Both the position numbers and the translations under genes were made by a program. 64,000 nucleotides of DNA from Candidatus Pseudelusimicrobium marinum. Its GTDB lineage: Bacteria > Elusimicrobiota > Elusimicrobia > Elusimicrobiales > Elusimicrobiaceae. Shown here one piece after another: positions 18,003 to 25,893 of this stretch (position 1 is the first letter of the stretch; each line of letters begins with the position of its first letter). A model generated the notes under the pieces. That model saw only the letters and a list, made by a program, of their open reading frames with translations. It made no database searches and was not told the DNA's origin. The stretch covers positions 2,495 to 66,494 of the forward strand of contig JABHZW010000034.1 in the NCBI GenBank assembly GCA_018656005.1, written 5' to 3'.

Positions 18003-19055
18003 ATGGAAAATATAGTTTCAGACAGAATAAAAAAGATACAAAAACAAGTACGAAAAGAAAAGTTAAATGGCTATGTAATAACAGATTATATTGATATAAA
18101 TTATTTAACGAATTTTCATTTTGGTAAAGGTGAAACAATGCTTCTAGTTACAAAAACAAATGCTTTTTGTTATGCTAGGAAATTGTATGTATCAGAATTT
18201 GCAAAATCACGAGAAAAGTACTGTGAAATATTTGAATCGGTTGATTTTAAGAAGGATGTTTTATCAAAAATAGCAGAATTAAAAATTAAAAAAGTAGGGT
18301 TTGATTTTCAAAAAGTCAGTTATTTAGACGGTAAATTATTTATAAAAAATAAATTTAAAGAAGCTCCAAGTTTTGTAACAGAACTTAGAAAAATCAAAAC
18401 AAAAGAGTGTATAAAAAGGATTAGACATGCATGTAAAATCGCACATGAAACTTATGAACTTGTTCGCAAAAAAATTAAAACTGGTATGACCGAACTTGAA
18501 GTAGCTAGTATTTTAGAAAATACTATGCGTTCTAAAGGTGCTACAAAAGTTTCTTTTGAAAGTGTTGTCGCATTTGGTGCAGGTGCAGCAGAACCACATC
18601 ATATAACTGGTACCAGAAAACTAAAAAACAATGAAAATATTTTAATAGATTTTGGTTGTATATATAAGGACTATTGTTCGGATATAACAAGAACATGGTG
18701 GCACGGCAAAAAACCTTCAGCAGAATTTAAGAAAGTTCATGCTTTAGTACAAAAATCTCACGATGAATGTGTAAAAAAAGTACGAATTGGTATGACTGGT
18801 ATAGAAGGCGATAAACTTTGTAGACATATTATCGAAAAAGCCGGATACGGCAAATATTTTATACATCCTACAGGACATAGTCTTGGAATGAAAATTCATG
18901 AAGGACCATATATATCACAAATAGAAAAAGAAAAGCTAAAAGAAAATAATGTTTTTACCATCGAACCTGGAATTTATTTGCCAGATAAATTTGGTGTAAG
19001 AATTGAAGACACCGTTGTGTTAACGAAAAGTGGCGCAAAAATTTTAACAAAGTAG
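18003..19055 (+). CDS. M24-family Xaa-Pro aminopeptidase/dipeptidase
   Basis: Pita-bread metal-ligand pattern DFGCIYKDYCSDITRT, HPTGHSLG and EPGIY..G.RIED. Confidence 0.85.
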   Translation: MENIVSDRIKKIQKQVRKEKLNGYVITDYIDINYLTNFHFGKGETMLLVTKTNAFCYARKLYVSEFAKSREKYCEIFESVDFKKDVLSKIAELKIKKVGFDFQKVSYLDGKLFIKNKFKEAPSFVTELRKIKTKECIKRIRHACKIAHETYELVRKKIKTGMTELEVASILENTMRSKGATKVSFESVVAFGAGAAEPHHITGTRKLKNNENILIDFGCIYKDYCSDITRTWWHGKKPSAEFKKVHALVQKSHDECVKKVRIGMTGIEGDKLCRHIIEKAGYGKYFIHPTGHSLGMKIHEGPYISQIEKEKLKENNVFTIEPGIYLPDKFGVRIEDTVVLTKSGAKILTK

Positions 19056-19065
19056 GAAAAAAGAA

Positions 19066-19632
19066 ATGTTATCAACAAGTGAATTAAAAGAAAATTTAAT
19101 TTTTGAAGATGAAAATGGCGAGATAGTTCAAGTTATTTCACATAGCCATCACCGAAAGTCGCAAGCAAGAGCTGTTGTAAGACTAAAACTTAAAAATTTT
19201 TCAACTGGAGTAATTACAGAAAGATCTTACAGACCAGAGGATAAATTTAATGAAGTAGCCGTACAAAAACGACCACAAACATATTTATATACAACAGGCG
19301 ACAATGCTTGTTTTATGGACGCTACAAATTACGAACAATATGAAGTGCCAGTATCAAAAATTAAAAACGAATATAAATACCTTACAGATAATATGGAAGT
19401 TGAAGGGCTTTTTATTAACGAAGCATTTTTCTCTGTAGTATTACCAGTAAAAATGACATTCAAAATAGATTTTACCGAACCAGGTGTAAAAGGCGATACA
19501 GTTTCTAATACATTTAAACCAGCCACACTTGAAAACGGTATAGAAATAAGAGTACCACTATTCATTAATGAAGGCGACAAAGTTGTAATAGATACAAGAA
19601 CCGGTGAATATGTGGAACGAGCATCTAAATAA
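19066..19632 (+). CDS. efp: elongation factor P
   Basis: 188 aa with the EF-P three-domain pattern, including VPLFINEGDKVVIDTRTGEYVER. Confidence 0.92.
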   Translation: MLSTSELKENLIFEDENGEIVQVISHSHHRKSQARAVVRLKLKNFSTGVITERSYRPEDKFNEVAVQKRPQTYLYTTGDNACFMDATNYEQYEVPVSKIKNEYKYLTDNMEVEGLFINEAFFSVVLPVKMTFKIDFTEPGVKGDTVSNTFKPATLENGIEIRVPLFINEGDKVVIDTRTGEYVERASK

Positions 19633-19971
19633 ATGAAATGTTTTAGTAAAACAAAAAATATTTTAGTATCTGAAAATATTAAAATAGCGCAAACTTATTT
19701 TTCTCGTATGAAAGGTTTACTTAGGAAAACTAGTTTGCCACAAGGCGAAGGATTATATATAACAAAGTGCAAACAAGTGCATACCTTTTTTATGAAATTT
19801 GCAATTGATGTGGTGTTTATCGACGAAAAGGGGAAAGTTTTAAAAATTGTATATAATATGAAACCTTGGAGAATTAGCCCTTTTATTTTTAGTGCTTTTG
19901 CAACTTATGAATTTAATGCAGGGTTTGTTAAAGGTAAAATATCAGAAGGCGATATTTTGGAAATAAAATAA
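19633..19971 (+). CDS. DUF192-domain protein
   Basis: Motifs RMKGLL, LYITKCKQVHTFFMKFAIDVVFID and KPW. Its start abuts the efp stop. Confidence 0.7.
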   Translation: MKCFSKTKNILVSENIKIAQTYFSRMKGLLRKTSLPQGEGLYITKCKQVHTFFMKFAIDVVFIDEKGKVLKIVYNMKPWRISPFIFSAFATYEFNAGFVKGKISEGDILEIK

Positions 19972-19990
19972 AAAAGAGGAAATAAAAATA

Positions 19991-20710
19991 ATGAAAAAAA
20001 TTTTAATATCAATAATTTTAATATCAGTGGCGGGTTTAAGCTACGCGGGTAGCTATGACGATTTTTATAATAATGCTTCGGCAGAAAATTTAAAACCGTT
20101 TACAAAAGATGCATCTGCCTTATTAAATTCTGGCATATTCACAACTGGCAGAATTTTGGGTTGGGGCGGATATCGTTTTGGTGTAAGAGCATCGTATATG
20201 AATAAACCTAGCGACGAAAACACAGCACTTGGCACAGATAAATCTTCATTAACCGTACCTTGGATACAAGCAGACATTGGCTTGCCTTTAAGAATAGATG
20301 GTTTTATAAGAACATCCAACTATCATAAATATGCCATTACTGGTGGAGGTTTCAGATGGGGCGTTTTTAGACCTTCGGATAAACCAGGATCTTTCCAAAT
20401 GTTAATCTCTTTAGCAGGACATAACTCCGTTAACGATTATTTTTCCCTAACAACTTATAATGCAAGTTTAGTGGGTTCGTTTAAGTTTGATACCTTTAAT
20501 CCATATGCAGGTGTCGGTATAGATTACGGCAAATTACAAGTTAGAAATGTGGCGGATAGTAGTTTGATAGGAGTTAGTGAAGAAGCAAGCACACCACACT
20601 ATACATTGGGTGTAAATTTCTTACTTTGGAAGTTTTTCGAATTTGCAATTGCAGGGAACTATGCGAATTATGGGTTAGGTGGCGAAGCATCTTTAGCTTT
20701 CAGGTTTTAG
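19991..20710 (+). CDS. outer-membrane beta-barrel protein (hypothetical)
   Basis: Signal peptide (..AGLSYA), alternating amphipathic strands and a C-terminal ...SLAFRF. Confidence 0.7.
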   Translation: MKKILISIILISVAGLSYAGSYDDFYNNASAENLKPFTKDASALLNSGIFTTGRILGWGGYRFGVRASYMNKPSDENTALGTDKSSLTVPWIQADIGLPLRIDGFIRTSNYHKYAITGGGFRWGVFRPSDKPGSFQMLISLAGHNSVNDYFSLTTYNASLVGSFKFDTFNPYAGVGIDYGKLQVRNVADSSLIGVSEEASTPHYTLGVNFLLWKFFEFAIAGNYANYGLGGEASLAFRF

Positions 20711-20727
20711 TTCAGCTTTTCTGTAAA

Positions 20728-20772
20728 TTTTCTCCCTTTTGTAAAGGGAGTACCTGCGTAAGCAGGGGAGGG
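20728..20772. repeat. family B hairpin repeat
   Basis: TTTTCTCCCTTTTGTAAAGGGAGTACC is identical to 1516-1542. It is followed by the hairpin CCTGC-GTAA-GCAGG and GGGAGGG. Confidence 0.85.
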
Positions 20773-20935
20773 TTTTAATAATAAGGTGGCTATGTAACAT
20801 TAGCAAAACTAGTGTTATGTAGAAAGTTTAAACACAATAAAACCCCCGATATTTGTTAACACAAATATCACCCCCACAGAGTCTGTGTCCACGACTTTTT
20901 GAAAGGGGGAAAGTAAAAAAAGTTTTATATAGCAT

Positions 20936-20970
20936 AAAAAAAGCGGGCGATATTAATCGCCCGCTTTTTG
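20936..20970 (+). terminator. intrinsic terminator
   Basis: An A-tract, then the stem GCGGGCGAT-ATTAA-TCGCCCGC (20943-20964), then TTTTT. It lies 226 nt beyond the OMP gene stop, after a repeat-rich spacer. Confidence 0.8.
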
Positions 20971-21010
20971 TTTAATAGCACTTTTGGAAAGGGTTTTTTA
21001 TAGTGCAAAA

Positions 21011-21046
21011 GTACTAGTTCTATATAGTACTAAAGTACCTTGTGTG
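21011..21046 (+). promoter_or_regulatory. palindromic element (family D) upstream of the 21117 gene
   Basis: GTACTAGT-N7-AGTACTAAAGTACC-TTGTG. The same GTACTAGT-N7/8-AGTACTAAAGTACC-WTTGTG occurs at 30161-30197. The 14-mer ends 78 nt before ATG 21117. Confidence 0.5.
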
Positions 21047-21116
21047 TTTTTGGAGTAGGTGGTAAAATATAGCTGTAAAAGAAAATTTTCATCATAAACA
21101 CATGGGAGAAAAAAGA

Positions 21117-21854
21117 ATGAAAAAATTAACAACAATGTTAGCAATATTAATGTTTTCTGTATTAAGTATCAACTTATCTGCAACAAATAATAATGTTAAC
21201 GAAATGGTTGCAAAACTTGTAGATAACCAAACAACACTAACCTCTTATTTCATCGCACATAATATGCATTTTAGGTTAAACAAATGTATGGCTACCTTTT
21301 TACCAGAAGGTATATTTACAGTTTTTCATGAAGCTTGTCTTGGTGAAGGTACTAATAAAGCAGGTGCAAAAATAAGTTTTAATATTGGCAATGTTAAGGA
21401 TATAAAAGCAACAGTTAGTACAATAGAAAAATTCGGAGAAACTTTTGCTTTACTTAAAACTGATGTTTCATATTCTATACCAGAAGGTGGAAAGCTTACT
21501 TTTTATGAAGGCGAAACATTGCTTTATGAAGTAAAAGAGCAAGGGGACACTAGAAAGCTAGTAGGTTCTTTCATATATCCTGTGTTAAATGCAGGAATCC
21601 TTGGTTTTGACCCAAAACCTGTATTTCCTGTATTGAGCATTAGTGATAAGGATGCAGAAATATCAAAAGGAAGTCTTTTTGCTTCATCGGGTAGGCCTGT
21701 TGCGGGGAGTCTTTTAATTAGAGAAGATGCAGAAACTGGGAAGAAAGAAATAATTGATGCTTTTAGAATGTATACAGGAAAAACGGATAGTCATACTGGG
21801 GCGATTACATACACGGCTCATTTCTACGCACCATTTAAGTTTAAAAAGCAATAA
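21117..21854 (+). CDS. hypothetical secreted protein
   Basis: ORF 21102..21854. The start is set at ATG 21117 behind GGGAGA. Signal peptide MKKLTTMLAILMFSVLSINLSA. I recognise no domain. Strong terminators flank the gene. Confidence 0.7.
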   Translation: MKKLTTMLAILMFSVLSINLSATNNNVNEMVAKLVDNQTTLTSYFIAHNMHFRLNKCMATFLPEGIFTVFHEACLGEGTNKAGAKISFNIGNVKDIKATVSTIEKFGETFALLKTDVSYSIPEGGKLTFYEGETLLYEVKEQGDTRKLVGSFIYPVLNAGILGFDPKPVFPVLSISDKDAEISKGSLFASSGRPVAGSLLIREDAETGKKEIIDAFRMYTGKTDSHTGAITYTAHFYAPFKFKKQ

Positions 21855-21874
21855 TCGAATTTTGTACATTGAAT

Positions 21875-21906
21875 AAAAAGGCAGGGAATTTTCCCTGCCT
21901 TTTTTG
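21875..21906 (+). terminator. intrinsic terminator (A-tract / T-tract, potentially bidirectional)
   Basis: AAAAAGGCAGGGAATTTTCCCTGCCTTTTTTG, with a perfect 7-bp GC-rich stem. Confidence 0.85.
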
Positions 21907-21998
21907 TTTGCTCAAAAAATATACAAACCAGTTTCCAACTTTTTCCAAATTTAGTATCATTTATATGAGCTAAAAAACCCAATTTATATTAAAACAAT

Positions 21999-22073
21999 GT
22001 CATTCCGTGCTTGACACGGAATCCAGGATAAAAAAAGAAAAGACCTAGATTGCGGATCAAGTCCGCAATGACA
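21999..22073. repeat. convergent doublet of family A hairpin repeats
   Basis: Forward unit GTCATTCCGTGCTTGACACGGAATCC (from 21999) and inverted unit AGATTGCGGATCAAGTCCGCAATGACAA (22047-22073). They overlap the spurious 5' extension of the gap ORF. Confidence 0.9.
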
Positions 22074-22091
22074 ATAATAGGAGATAGTATC

Positions 22092-23099
22092 ATGGCAATT
22101 AAGGTAGCAATTAACGGCTTCGGCAGAATAGGTAGACTAGTTCTAAGAGCAGGATTAAAAAATCCTAACCTAGAATTTGTAGCCGTAAACGACTTATCAG
22201 ATGCAAAAACAATGGCGCATCTATTCAAATACGATTCAACTTTCGGTATCTTTGACGGGGAAGTAAAAGTAACCGAAAATGCATTAATAATCAACGGTAA
22301 AGAAATTAAAATTCTTGCTGAAAGAAATCCAGCAGACCTTCCTTGGAAAGATCTTGGTGTAGATATCGCTATAGAAAGCACAGGTATCTTTACACAAGAC
22401 ACAAAAGCACAAATGCATTTAGATGCTGGTGCAAAAAAAGTAATAATTTCCGCACCTGGTAAAGGCGACGGCGTAACAACAATTTGTATGGGTATTAACG
22501 AAGAAGTCTATAACCCAGCAGAAAATCATATAATCTCTAATGCAAGTTGTACAACTAACTGCTTAGCACCAGTTGTAAAAGTGTTAGAAGAAAAATTTGG
22601 CATAGTAAATGGCTTGATGACAACCATTCATTCCTACACCAACGACCAACCAGTACTAGACTTTGCTCATAAAGATTTAAGAAGAGCAAGAGCGGCAGCG
22701 GTTTCTATGATACCAACCACAACAGGTGCAGCAAAAGCGATCGGTTTAGTGATGCCAAATTTAAAAGGTAAGCTAAACGGCTATGCTATGAGAGTACCAA
22801 CACCAAATGTATCCGTGGTAGATTTAACAGTATTATTGAAAAAAGAAACTACCAAAGAAGAAATCAATAAAGTTATGAAAGAATCAGCAGAAGGAGCAAT
22901 GAAAGGTGTGCTTGAATTTAATGATGTTCCTTTAGTATCTAAAGATTTCAATGGTAATCCAAACAGCAGTATTTTTGATGCAGGTATGACAGATGTTATA
23001 GATGGCAATCATGCAAAAATATTAGCTTGGTATGATAATGAATGGGGATACTCCAATAGAGTTATAGACTTAACAAACTTTGTTGGTTCAAAACTATAG
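22092..23099 (+). CDS. gap: glyceraldehyde-3-phosphate dehydrogenase (type I)
   Basis: Motifs [15 protein letters not shown] and [12 protein letters not shown]. The start is set at ATG 22092 behind AGGAGA; the upstream ORF extension is repeat DNA. Confidence 0.93.
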   Translation: MAIKVAINGFGRIGRLVLRAGLKNPNLEFVAVNDLSDAKTMAHLFKYDSTFGIFDGEVKVTENALIINGKEIKILAERNPADLPWKDLGVDIAIESTGIFTQDTKAQMHLDAGAKKVIISAPGKGDGVTTICMGINEEVYNPAENHIISNASCTTNCLAPVVKVLEEKFGIVNGLMTTIHSYTNDQPVLDFAHKDLRRARAAAVSMIPTTTGAAKAIGLVMPNLKGKLNGYAMRVPTPNVSVVDLTVLLKKETTKEEINKVMKESAEGAMKGVLEFNDVPLVSKDFNGNPNSSIFDAGMTDVIDGNHAKILAWYDNEWGYSNRVIDLTNFVGSKL

Positions 23100-23100
23100 T

Positions 23101-24321
23101 ATGAAAATTAAAAGAATAGAAGATGTTAATTTAGATTCAAAGACCGTACTTGTTAGGGTGGATTATAATGTCCCTATCAAGGACGGTCTTGTTACAGATA
23201 ATACAAGAATAGTTTCTACTGAAAAAACAATAAAATATCTATTAGAAAAAAATTGCAAAATAGTTTTGATGGCACATCTCGGTAGACCAAAAGGTCAAGT
23301 AGTAGAAGAGTTCAGTCTAAAACCAGTAGTACCTGAAATAGAAAGAGTTATGGGTGTAAAGGTTCACTTTGCAACCGATTGTGTTGGCGAAGAAGCAGAT
23401 AAAGTTGTAGCCGAAGCTAAACAAGGCGAAATAGTTTTACTGGAAAATTTAAGGTTCCATAAAGAAGAAACAGATAATGATAAAGCATTTGCCGAAAAAC
23501 TCGCTAAACATGGCGAAGTTTTTGTGCAAGATGCTTTTGGTGCATTGCATAGGGCACATGCATCAACATCTGCTGTAGCCGAGTTTTTCGGCATAGAAGA
23601 TAAGGCAATTGGTTTTTTAGTTCAAAAAGAATTAGAGTTTTTGGATAGAGCCATAAAAACACCACAAAAACCATTTACAGTAATAGTTGGTGGTGCAAAA
23701 GTATCAGACAAAATAGAAGTATTAAACAAATTTATAGATTTATGTGATACCATTTTAATCGGTGGTGGTATGGCATACACATTTTTAAGAGCGCAAGGTT
23801 TAAACATTGGTAATTCTTTGGTAGAGGAAGAAAAAGTAGAATCTGCCAAATCTATAATAGAAAAGGCAGCGTCTAACAATGTAGAAATTTTATTACCGGC
23901 AGACCATGTTATAGCAACAGAATTATCCGACGCAGGGAGCGAGCCTCTCGCTGTAGAACCTCAGCTAACAGATAGTATGGCAATACCAGAAGGTTATATG
24001 GGTTTAGACATTGGTCCACGAACAGCAGCACTTTTTGCAGAAAAAATTAAAACATCAAAAACAGTTTTTTGGAATGGTCCATTGGGTGTGTTTGAAAACG
24101 ATTTATTTGCAAAAGGCAGTATAGCCATTGCAGAAATTTTAAGACAAGCTACTGAAGAAGGTGTAATAACCATCGTAGGTGGTGGGGATAGCTTATCTGT
24201 ACTAAAAAAAGCTAAAATAGATAGACAAGCTTTAACACATTGTTCCACTGGTGGTGGTGCAAGTATGGAATTTTTGGAAGGCAAAGTGCTTCCCGGTTTA
24301 AAAGCGGTTTCACAAGAATAA
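23101..24321 (+). CDS. pgk: phosphoglycerate kinase
   Basis: Motifs VRVDYNVP, MAHLGRPKG and GGGDS. ATG 23101 lies 1 nt after the gap stop. Confidence 0.93.
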   Translation: MKIKRIEDVNLDSKTVLVRVDYNVPIKDGLVTDNTRIVSTEKTIKYLLEKNCKIVLMAHLGRPKGQVVEEFSLKPVVPEIERVMGVKVHFATDCVGEEADKVVAEAKQGEIVLLENLRFHKEETDNDKAFAEKLAKHGEVFVQDAFGALHRAHASTSAVAEFFGIEDKAIGFLVQKELEFLDRAIKTPQKPFTVIVGGAKVSDKIEVLNKFIDLCDTILIGGGMAYTFLRAQGLNIGNSLVEEEKVESAKSIIEKAASNNVEILLPADHVIATELSDAGSEPLAVEPQLTDSMAIPEGYMGLDIGPRTAALFAEKIKTSKTVFWNGPLGVFENDLFAKGSIAIAEILRQATEEGVITIVGGGDSLSVLKKAKIDRQALTHCSTGGGASMEFLEGKVLPGLKAVSQE

Positions 24322-24339
24322 AATCAGGAGAATATCATA

Positions 24340-24630
24340 ATGTATACATTTCTATTAATAATTCACTTCCTAGCATGTTTTTTACTTGTAGTTGCAATAT
24401 TATTGCAATCTGGTAAAGGCAGTGCGGCAGGAATATTTGGATCTAGCGGTGGTGGTGACGGTATGATGAATGCCCCAGCAACAGCTAGCTTTATTTCAAG
24501 GTTCACTATGGCACTTGCAGTACTTATTGCTATAACATCAATATCTTTAACGGTATTAGTATCAAAAGGTACAAGTAAATCCATTATGGATAGTAGTGTA
24601 GCACCAGTGCAAGCAGAAGAAACAAAGTAA
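24340..24630 (+). CDS. secG: preprotein translocase subunit SecG
   Basis: Two TM helices, an LLQSGKGS motif and a Gly-rich loop. Confidence 0.85.
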   Translation: MYTFLLIIHFLACFLLVVAILLQSGKGSAAGIFGSSGGGDGMMNAPATASFISRFTMALAVLIAITSISLTVLVSKGTSKSIMDSSVAPVQAEETK

Positions 24631-24785
24631 CTTCGTCTTCTGGCTGAATTTTTGTTTTTTTTTACCAGGGGCTGGCTCCCAGCTCCTTAAGTCCCGCTAC
24701 TGCTTCGCAGTATTCGCTGAACGGACTAGGCGTCGAAAAGAAAACAAAAATTCAGCACAGAATACTCGTTCCCTTCGGGACGCTG
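24631..24785. repeat. nested-hairpin intergenic element (family C)
   Basis: The outer arms GCTGAATTTTTGTTTT (24643-24658) and AAAACAAAAATTCAGC (24741-24756) pair perfectly. The core at 24689-24728 matches 10068-10106. The element starts ACTTCGTCTT like the copy at 10029 and ends with a CGTTCCC-TTCG-GGACG hairpin. Confidence 0.8.
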
Positions 24786-24814
24786 TTTTGTAAACTTTAA
24801 AAAACGGAGATATT

Positions 24815-25657
24815 ATGAAAAAAATCTCTCTTTCCCTAATAGCTTTATTTTTTGCCACAAGCATTTATGCTTATCCACCTTTTGACTTTGAACTTGGTGC
24901 AAGATCTTCAGCTATGGGTGGTGCATATACCGCTGTAAAAGGCGATATTTATGCTGTCAATTATAACCCCGCTGCAGATGTTGAACCTCATCAAGCAGCA
25001 GCAGATTTTAGTTTCGGTAAAAACTTCATAAATAATGCAAGTATGTTTGGTTATTCTGGCTATTGGGACGAATATCAATTAACAGGTTTTACAGGATATA
25101 TCAAAGGTGATAACCATAAGGATAAATATCTAAATTTATCTGGTGCTAAACATCATCAATTTTCTCTCCTTCCAAATTACACACATATTGGTGTAAGTTT
25201 AAAATATATAGGTACAGATTATTCCAACGAATCCTACTCAGATTCTGCAATAGATATAGACCTCGGTGCTTTACACGATATTACAGATTCTTTATCTGTG
25301 GGTGCTAGTATATTAAATGTATTTGGTTCTAGATTTTACGATTTTAAACAATCAAGAATACTTCGTCTAGGCGGTGCATACGAATATTTTTACGACGATT
25401 ATAATCAGTTTGCGTTCTCTTCAGACATTGTTAGTAGTTATGGCAAATGGCGTTTAAATTTGGGTAGTGAATACGGATATTTAAGTAAATATTTTGTACG
25501 GTTAGGTTATAAAGGTAATTATGATGACGATACTGGAATAACCTTAGGTTTAGGTTGGTTAACAAGTTTATTTTTAGGCAAATTACGGTTAGATTATTCC
25601 CTTTCAGAATATGAAAACGAGGATTTGCAAAAACTTACAGTTACATTTAATTTCTAA
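24815..25657 (+). CDS. PorV/PorQ-like (UPF0164-like) outer-membrane beta-barrel protein
   Basis: Signal peptide, the N-terminal motif GARSSAMGGAYTAVKGDIYAVNYNPAA and a C-terminal ...VTFNF. Confidence 0.65.
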   Translation: MKKISLSLIALFFATSIYAYPPFDFELGARSSAMGGAYTAVKGDIYAVNYNPAADVEPHQAAADFSFGKNFINNASMFGYSGYWDEYQLTGFTGYIKGDNHKDKYLNLSGAKHHQFSLLPNYTHIGVSLKYIGTDYSNESYSDSAIDIDLGALHDITDSLSVGASILNVFGSRFYDFKQSRILRLGGAYEYFYDDYNQFAFSSDIVSSYGKWRLNLGSEYGYLSKYFVRLGYKGNYDDDTGITLGLGWLTSLFLGKLRLDYSLSEYENEDLQKLTVTFNF

Positions 25658-25669
25658 CGGAGGGTTTTT

Positions 25670-25873
25670 ATGAAAAAGTTTGGAAATTTTATTTTAAAAA
25701 TAATAGTTAGTGTAGTTTTTCTTTTTGCAATTTATATATCTTGGCAAATGTTTTACGATGCTTTCATATTAAAATATGGTAGTGAAATGAGGTTTTACAC
25801 ATTAGCTTTCATGATTATAATTTTAGGTGGAAGTGGATTGTTAACTTACACAGTTTTTAATAAAGATAAATAA
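25670..25873 (+). CDS. small two-TM membrane protein (hypothetical)
   Basis: 67 aa, with GGAGGG 6 nt upstream of the ATG and two hydrophobic helices. Confidence 0.6.
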   Translation: MKKFGNFILKIIVSVVFLFAIYISWQMFYDAFILKYGSEMRFYTLAFMIIILGGSGLLTYTVFNKDK

Positions 25874-25893
25874 ATATAAAGTATAATAAAAAT

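Noticed and set aside
21989-22402. 137-aa minus-strand ORF, and the 14-codon 5' extension of the gap ORF (22050-22091).
   Set aside because: The minus-strand ORF is antisense to the highly conserved gap gene and ends inside the family A repeat doublet (21999-22073). The gap extension is also repeat sequence, and a good RBS precedes ATG 22092.
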